DNA of 64,000 bases from the human T2T-CHM13v2.0 reference genome, Homo sapiens (GCA_009914755.4 CP068257.2:42400001-42464000), one strand, 5' to 3'. Shown: positions 1 through 16,768, counted from the first letter of the stretch. Translations and numbers: made by a program. Notes: generated by a model from the letters alone, not told the origin.

Positions 1-276
1 AGATTTAAAGTAAAACTCTGTTATGTTGAATAGTTGCTTTAGGACTTATAGAGTACATCTGTAACAGCATAATTCTTCCTTCAAGTAATATGAATTATAT
101 TACTTGATGCGTGATATAAGAACTTTGGATCATTGACTTCTGTTTTCTCCCTCCCAGCCTTTGTTATTGTTGTCATACATTTTCTATACTTGTTAAAACC
201 CCATAGTACATTGTTACTATTTTTTGCCTTAAACAGTCTGTTATGCCTTGGAGAGATTAAAATAGAAAATCATGTC

Positions 277-575
<299 letters not shown>

Positions 576-631
576 ATATTTACCCACCCAGTTTCCATTT
601 CCATTGCTGCCTGTTCCTTTTCTTTAAAATC

Positions 632-885
<254 letters not shown>

Positions 886-1044
886 TCATCTGGTCTGGAT
901 TTCCTGCTGACCGAAGGATTTCTGTAACCTTGCTTGTAGTGTAGGTCTGTTACGGTAAGCTCTTTCAGCTTTTGTACATTGGGAAAGTCTATTTTGCCTT
1001 AATTTTTGAAAAATATTTTCACTCGTTAGGGAATTCTAGGTTGA

Positions 1045-1471
<427 letters not shown>

Positions 1472-2121
1472 AAGATTTTTTTTCTTTATATTGGTTTTTA
1501 ACAGTTTGATTATGGTATGCTTTGGTGTAGATTTCTTAATATTTCTTGTACTTGGGGTTTGGGGGTTTATTTTTTTTTTCTTTTTTGTGGGGGTGGATAT
1601 GACCTTTATTGAGCATATCCACCGGAGAGGAAATCATGTTTGTACAAAACCAGATGTTTGTTACTATACCTTCTGCATCACAATTAAAATCCGAGCAGTA
1701 TTTAAAAAACAGTCAACTCAGTCAAAACCCACTGCTTCAGAATCAATAGCTTCTTTGAAGCCACAGTGACCCTTAAATATGGTTAAGACTCGAATGTAGA
1801 AATTTGGTTGGTTGGAAAGCTAATTAAACTTCTAACTTGCTTAAATAGAATTACAGAAAGGTAAATTGTGTTTTTCACAGAGATGCAGTCCACTGGAATC
1901 ACCAACACTGGACAGCTGGTAGAGTATTTAGAGTCCTGAGAAACAAGGAATCCAGGCATCCTTTAGACAGTCCGCTGTTGTCCCTTCTTCCCAGTCAGAG
2001 ATTTGTGGGTGTGTGCAGTGACACCACCACCAGCAATTGTAGCCTTGACAAGAGACTCCAGTTCTTCATCTCCAGGAATAGCAAGTTGCAAGTGACAAGG
2101 GGTGACACGCTTTACCTTTAA

Positions 2122-2772
<651 letters not shown>

Positions 2773-2799
2773 TAGTTTTGATTTAATTTGGAACATTTT

Positions 2800-3080
2800 T
2801 ATTTTATTTTATTTTTGAGGCAGGGTGTTACTCTGTCACCCAGGCTGGAGTGCAGTGGCACCATCTTGTCTCACCACAACCTCTGCCTCCTGGGTTCAAG
2901 CGATTCTTGTGCCTCATCTTCATGTAGCTTGAAGTATAGGCGTGTGCCACCGTACCCGGCTAATTTTTGTATTTTTAGTAAAAATGGGGTTTCGCCATGT
3001 TGGCCAGGCTGGTCTCAAACTCCTGGCCTCAAGTGATCCCAAAGTGCTGGGATTACAGGCATGAGCCACTGCACATGGCC
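2800..3080 (-). mobile_element. Alu SINE.
   Basis: GAGGCAGGGTGTTACTCTGTCACCCAGGCTGGAGTGCAGTGG ... GGCATGAGCCACTGCACATGGCC. Confidence 0.88.
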
Positions 3081-3145
3081 TGATGTAGAACATTTTTGGT
3101 CATTGTTTCCTCAGATTGTTTTTCTGTTGCACCCTCTCTGGGGGA

Positions 3146-3148
<3 letters not shown>

Positions 3149-3180
<32 letters not shown>
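3149..3180. repeat. (TG)n dinucleotide microsatellite, about 16 units.
   Basis: Uninterrupted tgtgtg... run followed by cgcgcacacg. Confidence 0.95.
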
Positions 3181-3186
<6 letters not shown>

Positions 3187-4120
3187 CACGCTACATGAAG
3201 TTCCATAACTCACTGATAATCTGTTGATATTTTTTGTAGTCCTTTTTCCCTTTTTCTTGGTGTTTCATTTGTGTAATTGCTGCTGCTCTGTCTTCGTGTT
3301 AACCTTTTCTTCTGCAGTGTCTAATCGGCTCTCATTCCACTTAGCATATTTTCATTTTAGATTTGAGGTTTTCATCTCTAAAAGTTCCATATGGGTCTTT
3401 TTCTTAATTAAGTATCTTCCATGTGTCTTCTTCACTTCAGTCCACTACCTTCTTCAACATATGAAATAACTAAGTGACAGTAGTTACTGTAACTCTTTTA
3501 ATTGCTTTCTGTGTCATTACTGGGGCTATTTCTATTGATTGATTTTTCCTTTTGAGTATAGCTTTATGATTTGATAGGTCTGGAGCAGTGATCAGTCCAG
3601 GACAAATTATTCCTTACAGCCGAGGCAACACAGTCTTGAGTTCCTCTGGTTTTCCAGACTGGCCTATGGGGACAGCCCTGTTCCCTGCCCTGTGTGACTG
3701 CCAAGCATGGGTGCCTCTGATCGTGTCTGCGGGTTCTGTTCCAGCAATGGGTGGTTCCCGCATGTACTTACTCGTCAGTTCCCTGTGGAATACTCGAGGG
3801 CCCTGTGCCGGTCTACTTTACTCACCATGTCCCTCTCCTCTCCTAACACAGTCCTAGGAAGTCTAGCTGTCTTGATCTCCCTGGCCTGGGCTCTGTGTCC
3901 TCAACTCAGGGAGTCTGCCAGCTTCCCCTCTGTCACCCCCTGCCCTCCCCACCCTCTGGTGGGCACCCAGAGGGCTTGCTGGGCTTGTTTCCCATCTCTG
4001 AGTGTTGAGGGGAGGAATCATTGTCCTTTGTTCCTTGGTGTCCTGGTCTTGAAAACCACTGATTCATGTTTCTTGGTTTTTGGTGTTTTGTTTTGGTTTT
4101 TGTTTGTTTGTTTGTTGTTG

Positions 4121-4407
4121 TTTTTGAGACAGAGTCTTGCTCTATCACCCAGGCTGGAGTGTAGTAGTGAGATCTCAGCTCACTACAACCTCCACCTCCT
4201 GGGGTCAAGCAATTCTCCTGCCTCAGCCTGCTAAATAGCTGGGATTACAGGTGCACGCTACCATGCCCAGCTAATTTTTGCATTTTTCATAGAGACGGGG
4301 TTTCACCATGTTGGCCAAGCTGGTCTCGAACTCCTGACCTCAAGTGATCTGCCCACCTCAGCCTCCCAAAGTGCTGAGATTACAGGTGTGAGCCACCATG
4401 CCCACCC
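4121..4407 (-). mobile_element. Alu SINE, followed by a poly-T tract at 4412-4432.
   Basis: TTTTTGAGACAGAGTCTTGCTCTATCACCCAGGCTGGAGTGTAGTAGTGAGATC ... GGTGTGAGCCACCATGCCCACC. Confidence 0.88.
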
Positions 4408-5359
4408 TGTGTTTTTTTTTTTTTTTTTTTTTGGTTGGTTCAGGCAGTGGTGTAAATCTAGTCCCTGTCACTTCATCTTGGCTAGAAGCAGTTCACTCAT
4501 TGATTTCTAGCTTTTGATGGAGTGTAATCTATTACTATCATAGTATTAATAATTAATATCATTGATGTGCAGATTGTTCTGAATTTGGCTTCTGTACTGA
4601 TGTACTGAGAATGTACTGATTCTTTGAGTACTCTCTGGGCTCATCCCCTCCTCTTGCTTCATCTCAGGGCTCAGCCCTGGCTCCTTCCAGTGGGAAACTG
4701 TATTTAGAAGTCAGGACCTGGAGCTAGGGGAGAGCTTTGCTGGTGAGCTCTCAGTGGGCATGGCTAGAGAACACGTGTGTACACCCACACGTGTACGTGC
4801 ACACATTTACATCTGTATTTCGTGTGTAGCTGCTTGTGTACGTACATACATACATGTACACACGAGCCCATTTCAGTCCAGCACTGCAAGGGTGATCCTG
4901 GTTTCCTCCCTTCTATGTTTGTAACTCCCTTCTCCACATGGAGGAGCCAGGCACTGGTTCTCCTCTGTGTTTCTGATGGGAGTAATCCCTCTGTGAATGA
5001 CCATCCTCCTGTCACTGCTGCTCTGCTCCCAGCAGGTGGATGCCCATTCCCACACTTGCCTGGCAGTGTGCCTGGCACAGACTTCCTCCTCACCTCACTT
5101 GATCTGCAATTAGGACAGGCTCGGGACTTAAATTGAATAAAAAGGCATCCCTGTCTGGGGGATGCCCTTTGTGCCCTGCTTGGCCCCTTATACCACTTAC
5201 ACCCTTATACCTCTGTGCCAGCCCCAAAATCCTTCATCATCTCACTTGGGGCCTCACATCTTGTTCTGTACTTCCCTCTACTGCCACCTGGACACCCTCC
5301 TCACTGCTGAGCTCTGGTACCTGGGGCGGCCTGCTGTGCTTGCCCACCTTGGGCCCTGA

Positions 5360-5721
<362 letters not shown>

Positions 5722-6525
5722 TAGAGACCCTTAGCTTCACTGGCTCTGCTGGTCCTCTTAAGAGTCACAGAGTCGTTTTTAACATGTCGTTTTGTTTGCT
5801 AGCTGGGATGAGTGATAGGCTGGATCTTGCCAACCGGTTTGCCCCAGGATTATGTGGAACTTCTCTGTACTCCCTCTGTCCTGCCTCATGCTCTGTGAGG
5901 TTTCTTCTGGAGAGTTCCTGCAAATTGACTGAGCAGAGCTGCTCTAATGTCCCCTTGGGATGTGGCAGCCCCTGCCCGGTGTGGACAACTTGGAGCCAGG
6001 ACTCCTTCTGGGGTGGGGGTGGGGAGGAGTCCAGCTAAAGGGCTCTTGGTGGCCTTGTAAGAGGTGGAGAGGCTTCCAGCAGCTCCTTGGATGGCTCACC
6101 TGTGACGTGTGGATGGGGTCAGCCGGGTGCTATGTGTATTTTCTTGGCAGTCACAGGCTCTGGGCCCTGTTGGCCTTTTGGTTTTGCTTCCAGGCATGGC
6201 GTGTTGGGGCTTCCAGCACAGAATGGTTCACCAGTGCTGTAAAATCTATGCTTCAAGTCCCAAGAACTGCCGTGCTGTGGAAAATGTGCACTAGATAATT
6301 AAGTTACTGTTGGGTATTTATTTGCAGGAAATTGAGTTTACCAGTTGGTTTTAATCTCAGTTTTCAAAGTAAAAGATCTTTTCAGATTGTATGATATTTG
6401 TAATTTAAATCAGGACATAGCAGTTTTTAAAATCAGGATACAAATGAGAAGTACTGCCTTTTGGAACTTTCTATTTAGTTAGTTAAACCAAAAGAGAGGC
6501 TGGGTACAGAATTTAGGATTTAATA

Positions 6526-6826
6526 TTTTTTTTTTGGAGACGCAGTCTCGCTCTGTCGCCCAGGCTGGAGTGCAGTGGTGCGATCTTGACTCACTACAAC
6601 CTCCGCCTCCCAGTTCAAGCAATTCCCCTGCCTCAGCCTCCTGAGTAGCTGGGACTACAGGTGCACACCGCCATGCCCGGCTAATCTTTCCATTTTTAGT
6701 AGAGATGGGGTTTCACCATGTTGCCCAAGCTGGTCTTGAACTCCTGAGCTCAGGCAATCCACCCACCTTAGCCTCCCAAAGTGCTAGGATTACAGGTGTG
6801 AGCCACTGTGCCTGGCCAGGATTTAA
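6526..6826 (-). mobile_element. Alu SINE with target-site duplication about AGGATTTAAGATT.
   Basis: Poly-T plus reverse-complement Alu. Flanks are aatttAGGATTTAATATT and ccAGGATTTAAGATTT. Confidence 0.9.
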
Positions 6827-7893
6827 GATTTAACTCACTCGTGGATACTCTGATTGGCTTCTCTCTGCCTGAGTGTTACTCAAGAGTGACTTGAAAGTCC
6901 GGAGGAATTAGGGCAGGACAGTGAGGAACTAGCAAAAGAGGAGAAAGCACTGATTTAGATGGTAGCTGTGAGTTACTGTGTCCAGATATTGTCAGTGCCT
7001 AACTTGGAAATGAATTAAGTATCTTGGTTTTAGATTTTCTAAATCTAAAGGGAGTTGGACTCTTCTGAGTGGATTTATGGAATAGAAGCGCAGTTATAAG
7101 TGATAACAGGCAAAGTGTCTGTTTTCCTGGTTCTTTATGGAAGAGAACCAAGCTGAAGGCCTTGGCATGTATGTAGAAAGGGCCCTTTCTCTGGCAGGCT
7201 CATGCTTGGGCCTCTGCGTGAGAAGCAGGATTGATTTCTGGGATGGCACGGCTCCCTGCTGCCTGTCGGGAAGTAGAGCAGCCTTGCGGAAGCTGCAGGT
7301 CGCCTTCTTTCTGAGGTCTCACAGCTGTAGCTGCTTGCCTCTGACACGGCCTTCGCAGACTTGCGGTTGGGGTGGTTCCCAGGGGTACAGAGCTCAGAGG
7401 CTGTGGTAGAAGCTGCTGGGAAGCTTGCCTGGGGTTCCTGTGGGCAGTCTGGGCTGTGCCATGACAGCCAGCTTGCCTCCTGAGATGAAGGCACGGCACA
7501 CAGCAGGATGGCAGTCATGTAGTGCTTGGGCCCAGAGCTGTTGGCCATAGTGGGCCTGGGTTTTAAAGCCCTGACTTGCCTAACAGACAGTATTGCTGTG
7601 GGCAGCTCACTCAACCCTCTGACTCTCAGTCTCTTTATCTGGATCACTGGGACGCTCACATCCCTTGGGGTTGTGAGAACTGGGGATCATGCATGCCTGT
7701 GTGCGGCACTGAGACCCACAGAGCACGCCCGCAGGCTTGCTAGGCCGCTGGGCTTTTTATTCAATTTAAGTCCCGAGCCTGTCCTGATGCTTTAAAACAT
7801 TGCGGCCTTTGCAGGCTGTTATTAGGCACATTTTGCTGTATAAACTAAAGGGCATTAGTTAACCTGCTTTCACAGTGACTTGTTTGTTTTTAG

Positions 7894-8090
7894 GATACCG
7901 AAGTGTATAAAGCTACAGTAAAAGATGACCTCACCAAGTGGCAGAATGTTCTGAAGGCTCATAGCTCTGTGGACTGGTTAATAGTGATAGTTGAAAATGA
8001 TGCCAAGAAAAAAAACAAAACCAACATCCTTCCCCGAACCTCTATTGTGGACAAAATAAGAAATGATTTTTGTAATAAACAGAGTGACAG
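7894..8090 (+). CDS. TRAPPC10: TRAPPC10 coding exon, phase 0 (inferred exon 4 of 23). Peptide DTEVYKATVKDDLTKWQNVLKAHSSVDWLIVIVENDAKKKNKTNILPRTSIVDKIRNDFCNKQSD(R).
   Basis: Acceptor ttgtttttag| at 7891-7893 and donor |gtaagt at 8091. Same frame as the track ORF 7903..8094. Splices in-frame to the next exon (AG+G = Arg). The peptide matches my recall of human TRAPPC10. Confidence 0.9.
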
Positions 8091-10920
8091 GTAAGTGTAT
8101 CTTTAATTTTACCTCATTTGGTTAATACTTGACATGATACAGATTGCTGGCTTCCTGGGTAGTAATAAATATTTACTCAGCAATCTCGAGTGAGTGTCCA
8201 TGGGGTGCTGTCAAGGAGACCTGGTGCCTGTCCTTGTGGAGTTCCTGTTTAGGCAGGCAAAGAACTCGAAGCAGTCATCCCCCGAGTGTGCTGCCTGGGA
8301 GGAGCGGGTCTTGGGCCCATAGTCCTGGGAGGCCTCTTGGTGGGTCCTTTCTGAAGACTGACAGCAGCAGCTCCTGCAGTTCTTCTGTAGAACGGGTCCT
8401 TAAAGGTTTTTGTTTTTTTTTTGAAATGACGGCACCTGTGTTTTTTTCTTTACCTTAACACCTGAGAGTTCCTAAGAACACAAGTTATAAAATGCTGACC
8501 TAACCCCTTCAGAAACTGTGAAAGGGAATCCTGAAACTTTGGCAGTTAATAGATTGTATGGGCTTTCTCCGCCTTGCCCTGCTCTCTCTCCTGGGGTAGC
8601 TCACTCCCTTTCTCTTCAGTGATGCCATTGCCAGCTGAGCCAGCCAGCACGTTAACTCCTCTATAACCGATGGTCTGTATCTCGTAGCTTAGCACTGGAA
8701 CTCACCCAAGGCCTGGGGATTCAGGGGCGAACATGGACCCTGCCCTGGTCCAGCAGGTCATTATAGCCATGGTCACCATGCTTATGGTGGCGAGGGTTCA
8801 GATGGAGGTACATGCTCATTGTAGAATTATTAGAAAAAGGTAATGAGCAAAAAGAAAATGGATATTAACTCTTAGTATTTTGGTATGTATGTTCTGAGAC
8901 TTTTTTTCTTTATGCATACATAATACGTGTGTGTATTTTAAGTTAATATAACGTTATGTGTTGTTTATACTTGTTTTTTTCACTCAATATATTGTAAAGA
9001 TTTTCCACAAACAATAAATGCATTTCCAGACTCTCAGTGTTAGTGAGTGGATAATATTCCATAGTATTAATGTGCCGTAAGTTATTTATACATTCTGCTG
9101 CTGGGCTTAGGTTATTGCTTACTTATCGTTATAAACAACAATATTAGAATACTTTTCTAGCTCAAATGTTGTGAGCATCCTTAATTATTTCAGGATACCT
9201 TCCCTAAAGGAAAATTGCTTGGTAACAGATTTTGTGCATTTTTTGGGCTTTTGCTAGTTACGAGGCTGGTAGAGGCAAGGGTTGACTTGTGATCAGCAGT
9301 GTGACTTGTGACAGCAGTAGCCGTTGTGGTGTCTCGCTGAGGCTGCAGCCGGGAGCCCCTTGTTCCACATGTGCCTCCAGCCCCTGCAGTCTGCGCGCCT
9401 GGGGGGATCACGCCGCTCTCCAGATTGGCCCACCATCCCTGACTTCATTCGTTGTTTTGGGCTCTCCTTTTCTGAGTTAATGATTTAGGCTTGATGTGAA
9501 CTTCTGAAGTGTAGTTCTTTTTTACTTAAAAAAAATTGATGATGATATAGAAACAGGATCTAATAGAGATAGGACATTTCATGACTGTGTATCTGATTGA
9601 CCTCTGAAAACAGTTACTGTTTTGGTGGTTGGCACTTGTTAAGTTTCCATTTCCATTCACCCCTGTAGGCGCACAGGAGAATTCGCGTCTGGTCGGGAAT
9701 AAATGTTGGTAATTATAATCCTTGAGAATGCCTTAAGGATAAACTACCTAACTCATAGGTTCTAGCAAGCTCCTACTGTGGATAAATACAAGTTAGTCCT
9801 CTGGGGGACCTTTGGAGTGAGCGGCTCTGGTCCCTTTGTCTTTGAGGGAAGAAAGTGTGCAGTGGGGTGGATTGAATGGAATTAAAGCCAGCCACCAAGT
9901 TATAAGTTTTCTTCTTGGTTCTGGTTGTTCACATGGTGGAACATGTAGAGTGTATGCTGCTTCACTGTTTTGTCCACTGATTTATAATTCCATGAATTTA
10001 GCCATGCCTCCAAAGGATATGCTGGGGCACGGAAAAAAGGAACTTAGAGTCAGTTCATTTTGCTACTTTTTGGTAATTCAAGTAAAATATTTACTAAGGA
10101 GAACTGGTGAAGCTCATAGAATCAATGTTTTAAAATTATTTCTGAGTTCAGATTTATTAATCATCTTTCTAGATTACTATTACCAAGGCTAAAGAAATTT
10201 ACCATTTCCAGCCTATCAGATAAATACGTTGCCTTGTCCAAATCTGTTGGGAACTTTGTGTAATTTCGTGTGTTTGACCTTTTTACATCATGGGTTCAGC
10301 CTCTTTGTAATTAAACTGTTTGCTCTATATGTTAAGCCATGTTCTAAGCCTTTATTTGTTAATTGTTTATTAACCTTCCCCTTCAAGAGCTCACAGGCTA
10401 GTGGGAGGGATAGAGGTCCAGAGAAGGGGAGTGTTTTCCTGTGAGGCCCACAGCCTAGCAGCAGTGTGGGCAGAGCAGTTGGGATGGTGATTGGGGGAGG
10501 TTTGTGAAGATGCCACGCCTGGGTGGAAGGAATGTTCTCATGAAGAGAGGAGAGCGGGAGAAGGTCAGCAGGCTTGAGCTGGGAAGCAGAGGAAGTAAAG
10601 TGAGACATCGTGGTCCTTTTGTGCTGTGCTGAGAAATCTAAATTTATCCTGTCGATCCCAAGGAACCAAAATGGATTTTGAAGGAGGCAGGGAACTGAGT
10701 GAGGCGTGATCACATTATTTTACAGAGGACTCAGAGCTGCGTCTTTGGCTCAGGGCTCATGTAAATCCCTTTCCCCCTTTCCAGTTGATTCTATAGCAAA
10801 CTCTCCTTTGAATTTCTGTAGAACTTACTGCTCGTGTTCATGACCAGTTCATGATGAAGCCTTTTCCTAACCTGGTTTCTTACCGCCTGCCTCATGTTTT
10901 TGACTGTTTATAGACGGAAG

Positions 10921-11207
10921 AAGCTAGATGCGGTGGCTTATGCCTATAATCCCAGCACTTTGAGAGGCCGAGGCAGGAGGATTGTTTGAGCCCAGGAGTT
11001 CGAGACCAGCCTGGGCAACATAGCAAGACCTCACCTTTACAAAAAAATACAAAAATTAACCAGGCATGGTGGTGCGTGCCTGTGATCCCAGCTACTGGGG
11101 AGGATCACTGGAGCCTGGGAGGTGGAGGTTGCAGTGAGCCAAGATTGTGCCACTGCACTCCAGCCTGGGCCACAGAGCAAAACTCTGTCTCAAAAAAAAA
11201 AAAAAAA
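10921..11207 (+). mobile_element. Alu SINE, sense orientation, A-tail at 11193-11207.
   Basis: GATGCGGTGGCTTATGCCTATAATCCCAGCACTTTGAGAGGCCGAGGCAGG ... CTCCAGCCTGGGCCACAGAGCAAAACTCTGTCTCAAAAAAAA. Confidence 0.9.
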
Positions 11208-11311
11208 GGAGGAGGAAGGAAGAAAATTGCCGCTCAGGACAATGGCAGCTGCTGAGTCGTGGTGCTGTGCATGGAGGGTCTTTCCCAGATAGTCTGTTCA
11301 TGTCTTTGCAG

Positions 11312-11507
11312 GTGTGTTGTGCTCTCCGACCCCTTGAAGGACTCTTCTCGAACTCAGGAATCCTGGAATGCCTTCCTGACCAAACTCAGGACATTGCTTC
11401 TTATGTCTTTTACCAAAAACCTAGGCAAGTTTGAGGATGACATGAGAACCTTGAGGGAGAAGAGGACTGAGCCAGGCTGGAGCTTTTGTGAATATTTCAT
11501 GGTTCAG
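11312..11507 (+). CDS. TRAPPC10: TRAPPC10 exon. Peptide (R)[65 protein letters not shown].
   Basis: Acceptor tgtctttgcag| and donor |gtactt at 11508. Same frame as the track ORF 11259..11531. Confidence 0.9.
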
Positions 11508-11527
11508 GTACTTGACTCATTACAGAA

Positions 11528-11600
11528 CTAGACAGTTCCTTCTCTCCTTCCCTCCTTTGTTCCCTCCCTCTCTCCTCCTTTCTTTCTAAGTAAGGCACCT
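11528..11600 (+). repeat. Polypyrimidine (CT-rich) tract immediately downstream of the exon donor.
   Basis: ccttctctccttccctcctttgttccctccctctctcctcctttctttc. Confidence 0.8.
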
Positions 11601-12893
11601 CTCGTGGTAATCTCATTGGCAGAGTTTTTAAAAACAAAAAACCTGGAATATCTTTAGGACTAGAAAGGAAGTGTATGGAAGCAGATGGGGCATGAAAAGG
11701 ACACACACACTGCCCCGGGGAGCCTCTGGGGGCAAAAGCTGGAGCAGTTTCAGTGACAGAATAAATAAGGATAGAGTCGAGGTTTAACCCATGGAATAAA
11801 ATTAATATCCATGAGTCTGTATCGATAGAAATCATCAGTTAAATAAATAAATGGAGGAGAAGGGTCAACTCTTCCATACAGAAGAATTCCACTTAAACGC
11901 AGAAGGAAAGAAAAACAGAAAATCACTTTTAAGCCAGTGCTCCAGCAAGAACTGTTGGAGGCAGGATTACTGATGGGTGTCCGGGGTGGTGGGCAAAGGC
12001 CTGAGAAGAGGTGGGCTTGCACAGTCTCACGGTGGCCCCCCAAGATGTCTGTCAGCTACTGAGGGAGCAGTAGCCACTCCACAGTGGGGAAACCAGGTAC
12101 ATACCACCTGAATGAAATGATAAGGCCGCTTCTGCCCATGAGAAGCTGTGTCCACCTCATGAAATCCTTGGTAAGATGTTCTGAGAAATACTTAGCGTCT
12201 TTTCTCTGTAAAAAATGATCATCTCACGGCAGTCACGGAACATATCAAATGAACCCACGTAAAGGGACATTAGACAACATAGCTCTCTTCAAGGGTGCCA
12301 CGGCAGTGAAAGACAGACTGTGAAGCTGACAGACTGCAGGGGCTGAAGGAAGCAACAGCTCCGGCCTGGTTTGGGGGTCGAGGGTGGGGTCTTAGAGCAG
12401 AAACAACTACATCAGTGGAAAAACCACTGAAATTCCAATGAGGGCTATTTAGTTAATAGTATTATACTTAGGTTAATTTTCTGGTTGTGACAATTGTACC
12501 ACGGTCATATAAGATGGCAATGTTTAGGAAGCTGAGTAAGGGCTATATGGAAACTAGATAATTTTTTTTTTTGCAATATTTCTGTAAGTCTAAGATTAGT
12601 TCAGAATTTAAAATGAGTAAGGAAGGAAATTCTGACACACACTACAGCATGGATGGGCCTAGAGGACATGATGCCGAGTGAAATAAGGCACATAGGGACA
12701 GATGCTGTGTCTGCTTATGTGAGGTCCCTCGAGTGCTCAGGTTCAGAGACAGAAGGTGGAATGGGGGCTGCCAGGGGCTGGCAGAGGGAGAATGGGAATG
12801 AGTGTTTAATAAAGGACAGAGGTTCCGTTTGGGAAGATGAGAAAGTTTGGGATATTGGTTGCACAATAGTGTGAGTGCATTTAACACTACTGA

Positions 12894-13198
<305 letters not shown>

Positions 13199-14716
13199 TG
13201 AGCTGTACTTTTAAAAATGGTTAAGATGGTCAGTTTTATATTACATACATTTCAATCAAAATTTAAAAGAAAAAGATGAGTTTATTAGAGTGCTGAGTCT
13301 TGTAAATACTTCACAAATAAAATGAAGTTCAACATAACTTAGCAGTTTCTCTTGCAAAACACAGCCCACCACTGTTTTCACGGGAAACAGGATACAAAGG
13401 AGAGCTCTCAGTTCTCACCTAGTGAGTGGGACCTGGGTGGGCCCTTAGGGGTCTGGGAATAATGTCCACAAATACATGGGGTGGAACTGGATTCCAAAGA
13501 CCTGACCATGTCAGGGGAGGTTTATGTGCGTGCACATCCTCCTGGTCTTTACTTTTTAATGTGCAGTAATGGAGATCAGAAGGCAATCACCTGTTGCCCT
13601 CTCTTTTCATTTTCTCATTCAACAAAGGTTACTGAGCACGGACAGGTGCCAGGCCCTCCTTGATGCTGGGACGCCGTCAGTGTACAGTTTTTTGTGAGCT
13701 TGTGTGACAGTGGAGGAGATACAGGAAAGGAAGTGACGCATATGCTAGGGCGAGAGAGAGGCACAAGGCAGAGATGGTGTGGGGTGCTGTGCGGGTCAGG
13801 AGGAGGAAAGGCCTGACTGGGCTGGGGACTTAGCCAGAGCTGAAGGAGTTTGGAGAGCAAGCCATGTGGGTGTATAGAGGAAGAGGAGGTGTTCCAGGCC
13901 ATGGAGTGGGGCAGCGCACAGGTCCCGAGGCAGCTCCCTGCCACGCACACGTGAGCAGCGGTGAGGAGGCCTTGGTGGTGGAGCTGAGTGAGGCCAGAGG
14001 GCTGGTGCTGGGAAGGGGTGGGGGTGGGGGACATAGATTTTGCAGGGCCTGGGGATGTCTCGAAAGGATTTAGGAGTCTCTTGAATGTGATGAGCAGTCG
14101 CTGACTGAAATGGGGAAGACCGTGGGTGGAGCACTTTGTGGGAAAGGTTGGGGTTCAGGTTTCCATGTGTAAGCCTGAGCTGTCTGTTAGGCATCCACAC
14201 AAGCGTGCTGTGCCTGCCATTGGAGCCAGAGTCAGGTCTGAGCTGGAGTCCTGAATGTGTGGTGGTCATGCTGTGTAGATGGGCTCCGTCATGGAGAGGG
14301 AATAGTGAGTGTAGACAGGGAAGTCCAAGGGCGGAGCCCTGCGGCCTCCAGCAGAGAGCCTCGGGGAGCGAGAGGAACCAGCCGTCTGACCAGAGGGAGC
14401 CACAGTGAGGGGCGAGGGGAGCAGGTGGCCAGGTCCTGGACAGCAGGAAACATCCCAAGGACAGGGGGGTGACCAGTTATATCTGGTGCTGCCGATAGGT
14501 CGGGGAGGGTTCAGAAATTACCTTAGCTTTTCCTAGCTTCTTGTGCATGCGTGAATGTTGACATATGCGGTCGTCACATTGGTTGTTACTTAGCGGAGCG
14601 TAGACATTATTCATAGTGCTGCGTGCCTTTCTCTGTCGTTTAATGGCTACATACTGTTTCTTCTATACATTGATTTATGTTTTTGTTTTTTTAAAAAACG
14701 TATCTTGGGCGAATAG

Positions 14717-14828
14717 GAGGAGCTTGCCTTTGTTTTCGAGATGCTGCAGCAGTTCGAGGACGCCCTGGTGCAGTACGACGAACTGGACGCCCTCTTCTCT
14801 CAGTATGTGGTCAACTTCGGGGCCGGGG
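14717..14828 (+). CDS. TRAPPC10: TRAPPC10 exon. Peptide EELAFVFEMLQQFEDALVQYDELDALFSQYVVNFGAG(D).
   Basis: Acceptor gcgaatag| and donor |gtgagt at 14829. The exon is CpG-rich. It ends at phase 1, and the leftover g joins the next exon's leading at to give Asp. Confidence 0.88.
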
Positions 14829-15889
14829 GTGAGTAGTGGCACTTCAGTAACGCATGCTTTTCTTAGTGTGGCTTTCTCCAACTTCAGATAGGCTTGAAGC
14901 AGCCATTTATTTACCTCAGGAGTACGCATGTTTTGTTGTTGTCTTTATACACATTATATCGGATATATTCTCGTGATTCCTAGAGGAAATGAAATGAGAA
15001 TTAAGAATTAGTCATTTTCACTTTTAGAAGAATCTTAAGTAACAAAAATAATAATAATTTAAAAAAACTGTTTTCCAGGTATAAAATGTCCTTTCCACAA
15101 CTCAGTGGCCTGCTGGTGATGCTTCGATTCTGTCCCTCGTTAGAATCAGAGTGGACGTCCCTTTGCCTTCCATCCAGGGGTTATCTTTGGAATGCTCGAG
15201 TGCTCATTGCTGTGAACTTATAAAATGCCCTTGGGTGTTCATCTTTCTTTTGCACTTTTAAATAATATCTTAAGCTCCTTTACAATTAAAGAATTAGCAC
15301 AGTGAAACCATACACAGAGAGAAACATTGGTTATTGTCCTCAGTGTTTTTCGCTGATACTTATTTTGATGAAAGTGATACCACGTTATATAGCTGTTTCT
15401 CTGTCGCTCCTTTTTGTTACTCACAGCCCATCCTGGGCATCTCTCCAGGTTAGCAGGTGGGGTTTGGAGTTGTTTTTGTTACAATTGGTATTCCTGGCTT
15501 GATTCCATTACCTGGTGTTGGACATTGGGTTCTTTTATGCTTCTTGCCACCACAAGCAGTGCTGTAGTGGGCATCTCTGCCAGGTGTTCTTTTTGAGAAC
15601 CCTTGTCACCATGTGTGAAGGAAGGAGTAATTTTGAGGAGCCCTGGTGTCAGCAGGAGAACCTGGAGGGAGATGAAGTGTGGGGACGGTCAGTTCTAGCT
15701 GTGAGCACTGTCCTCACTCTGGAACTCATCAGTGGCGCCGATGGATACTGGCTCATAGTGCTTCTGAAGATCAGGTCTGGATATCTCACTCTCCTGAGAT
15801 GCCAGTATAGACACAGAACCAAAGCAAAGTGTTTACTAAGTAAAAAAATAAAATAAAAAAACACTTCTATTTCTTATATTTTATGTGTC

Positions 15890-16764
<875 letters not shown>

Positions 16765-16768
<4 letters not shown>

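Noticed and set aside
7135-7659. A 174-aa minus-strand ORF in the first intron segment.
   Set aside because: No splice or start context and low-complexity composition. It lies within a TRAPPC10 intron and is probably a chance ORF.
8800-9200. An AT-rich segment resembling the 3' region of an ancient LINE/L1-type element.
   Set aside because: I could not align it convincingly to a consensus from memory, so I left it unannotated rather than guess a family.
14616-14891. The 91-aa +ORF overlapping the exon at 14717-14828 in a different frame.
   Set aside because: The exon's true frame, set by flanking phase continuity, is a different one. This ORF is a by-product of the CpG-rich exon.
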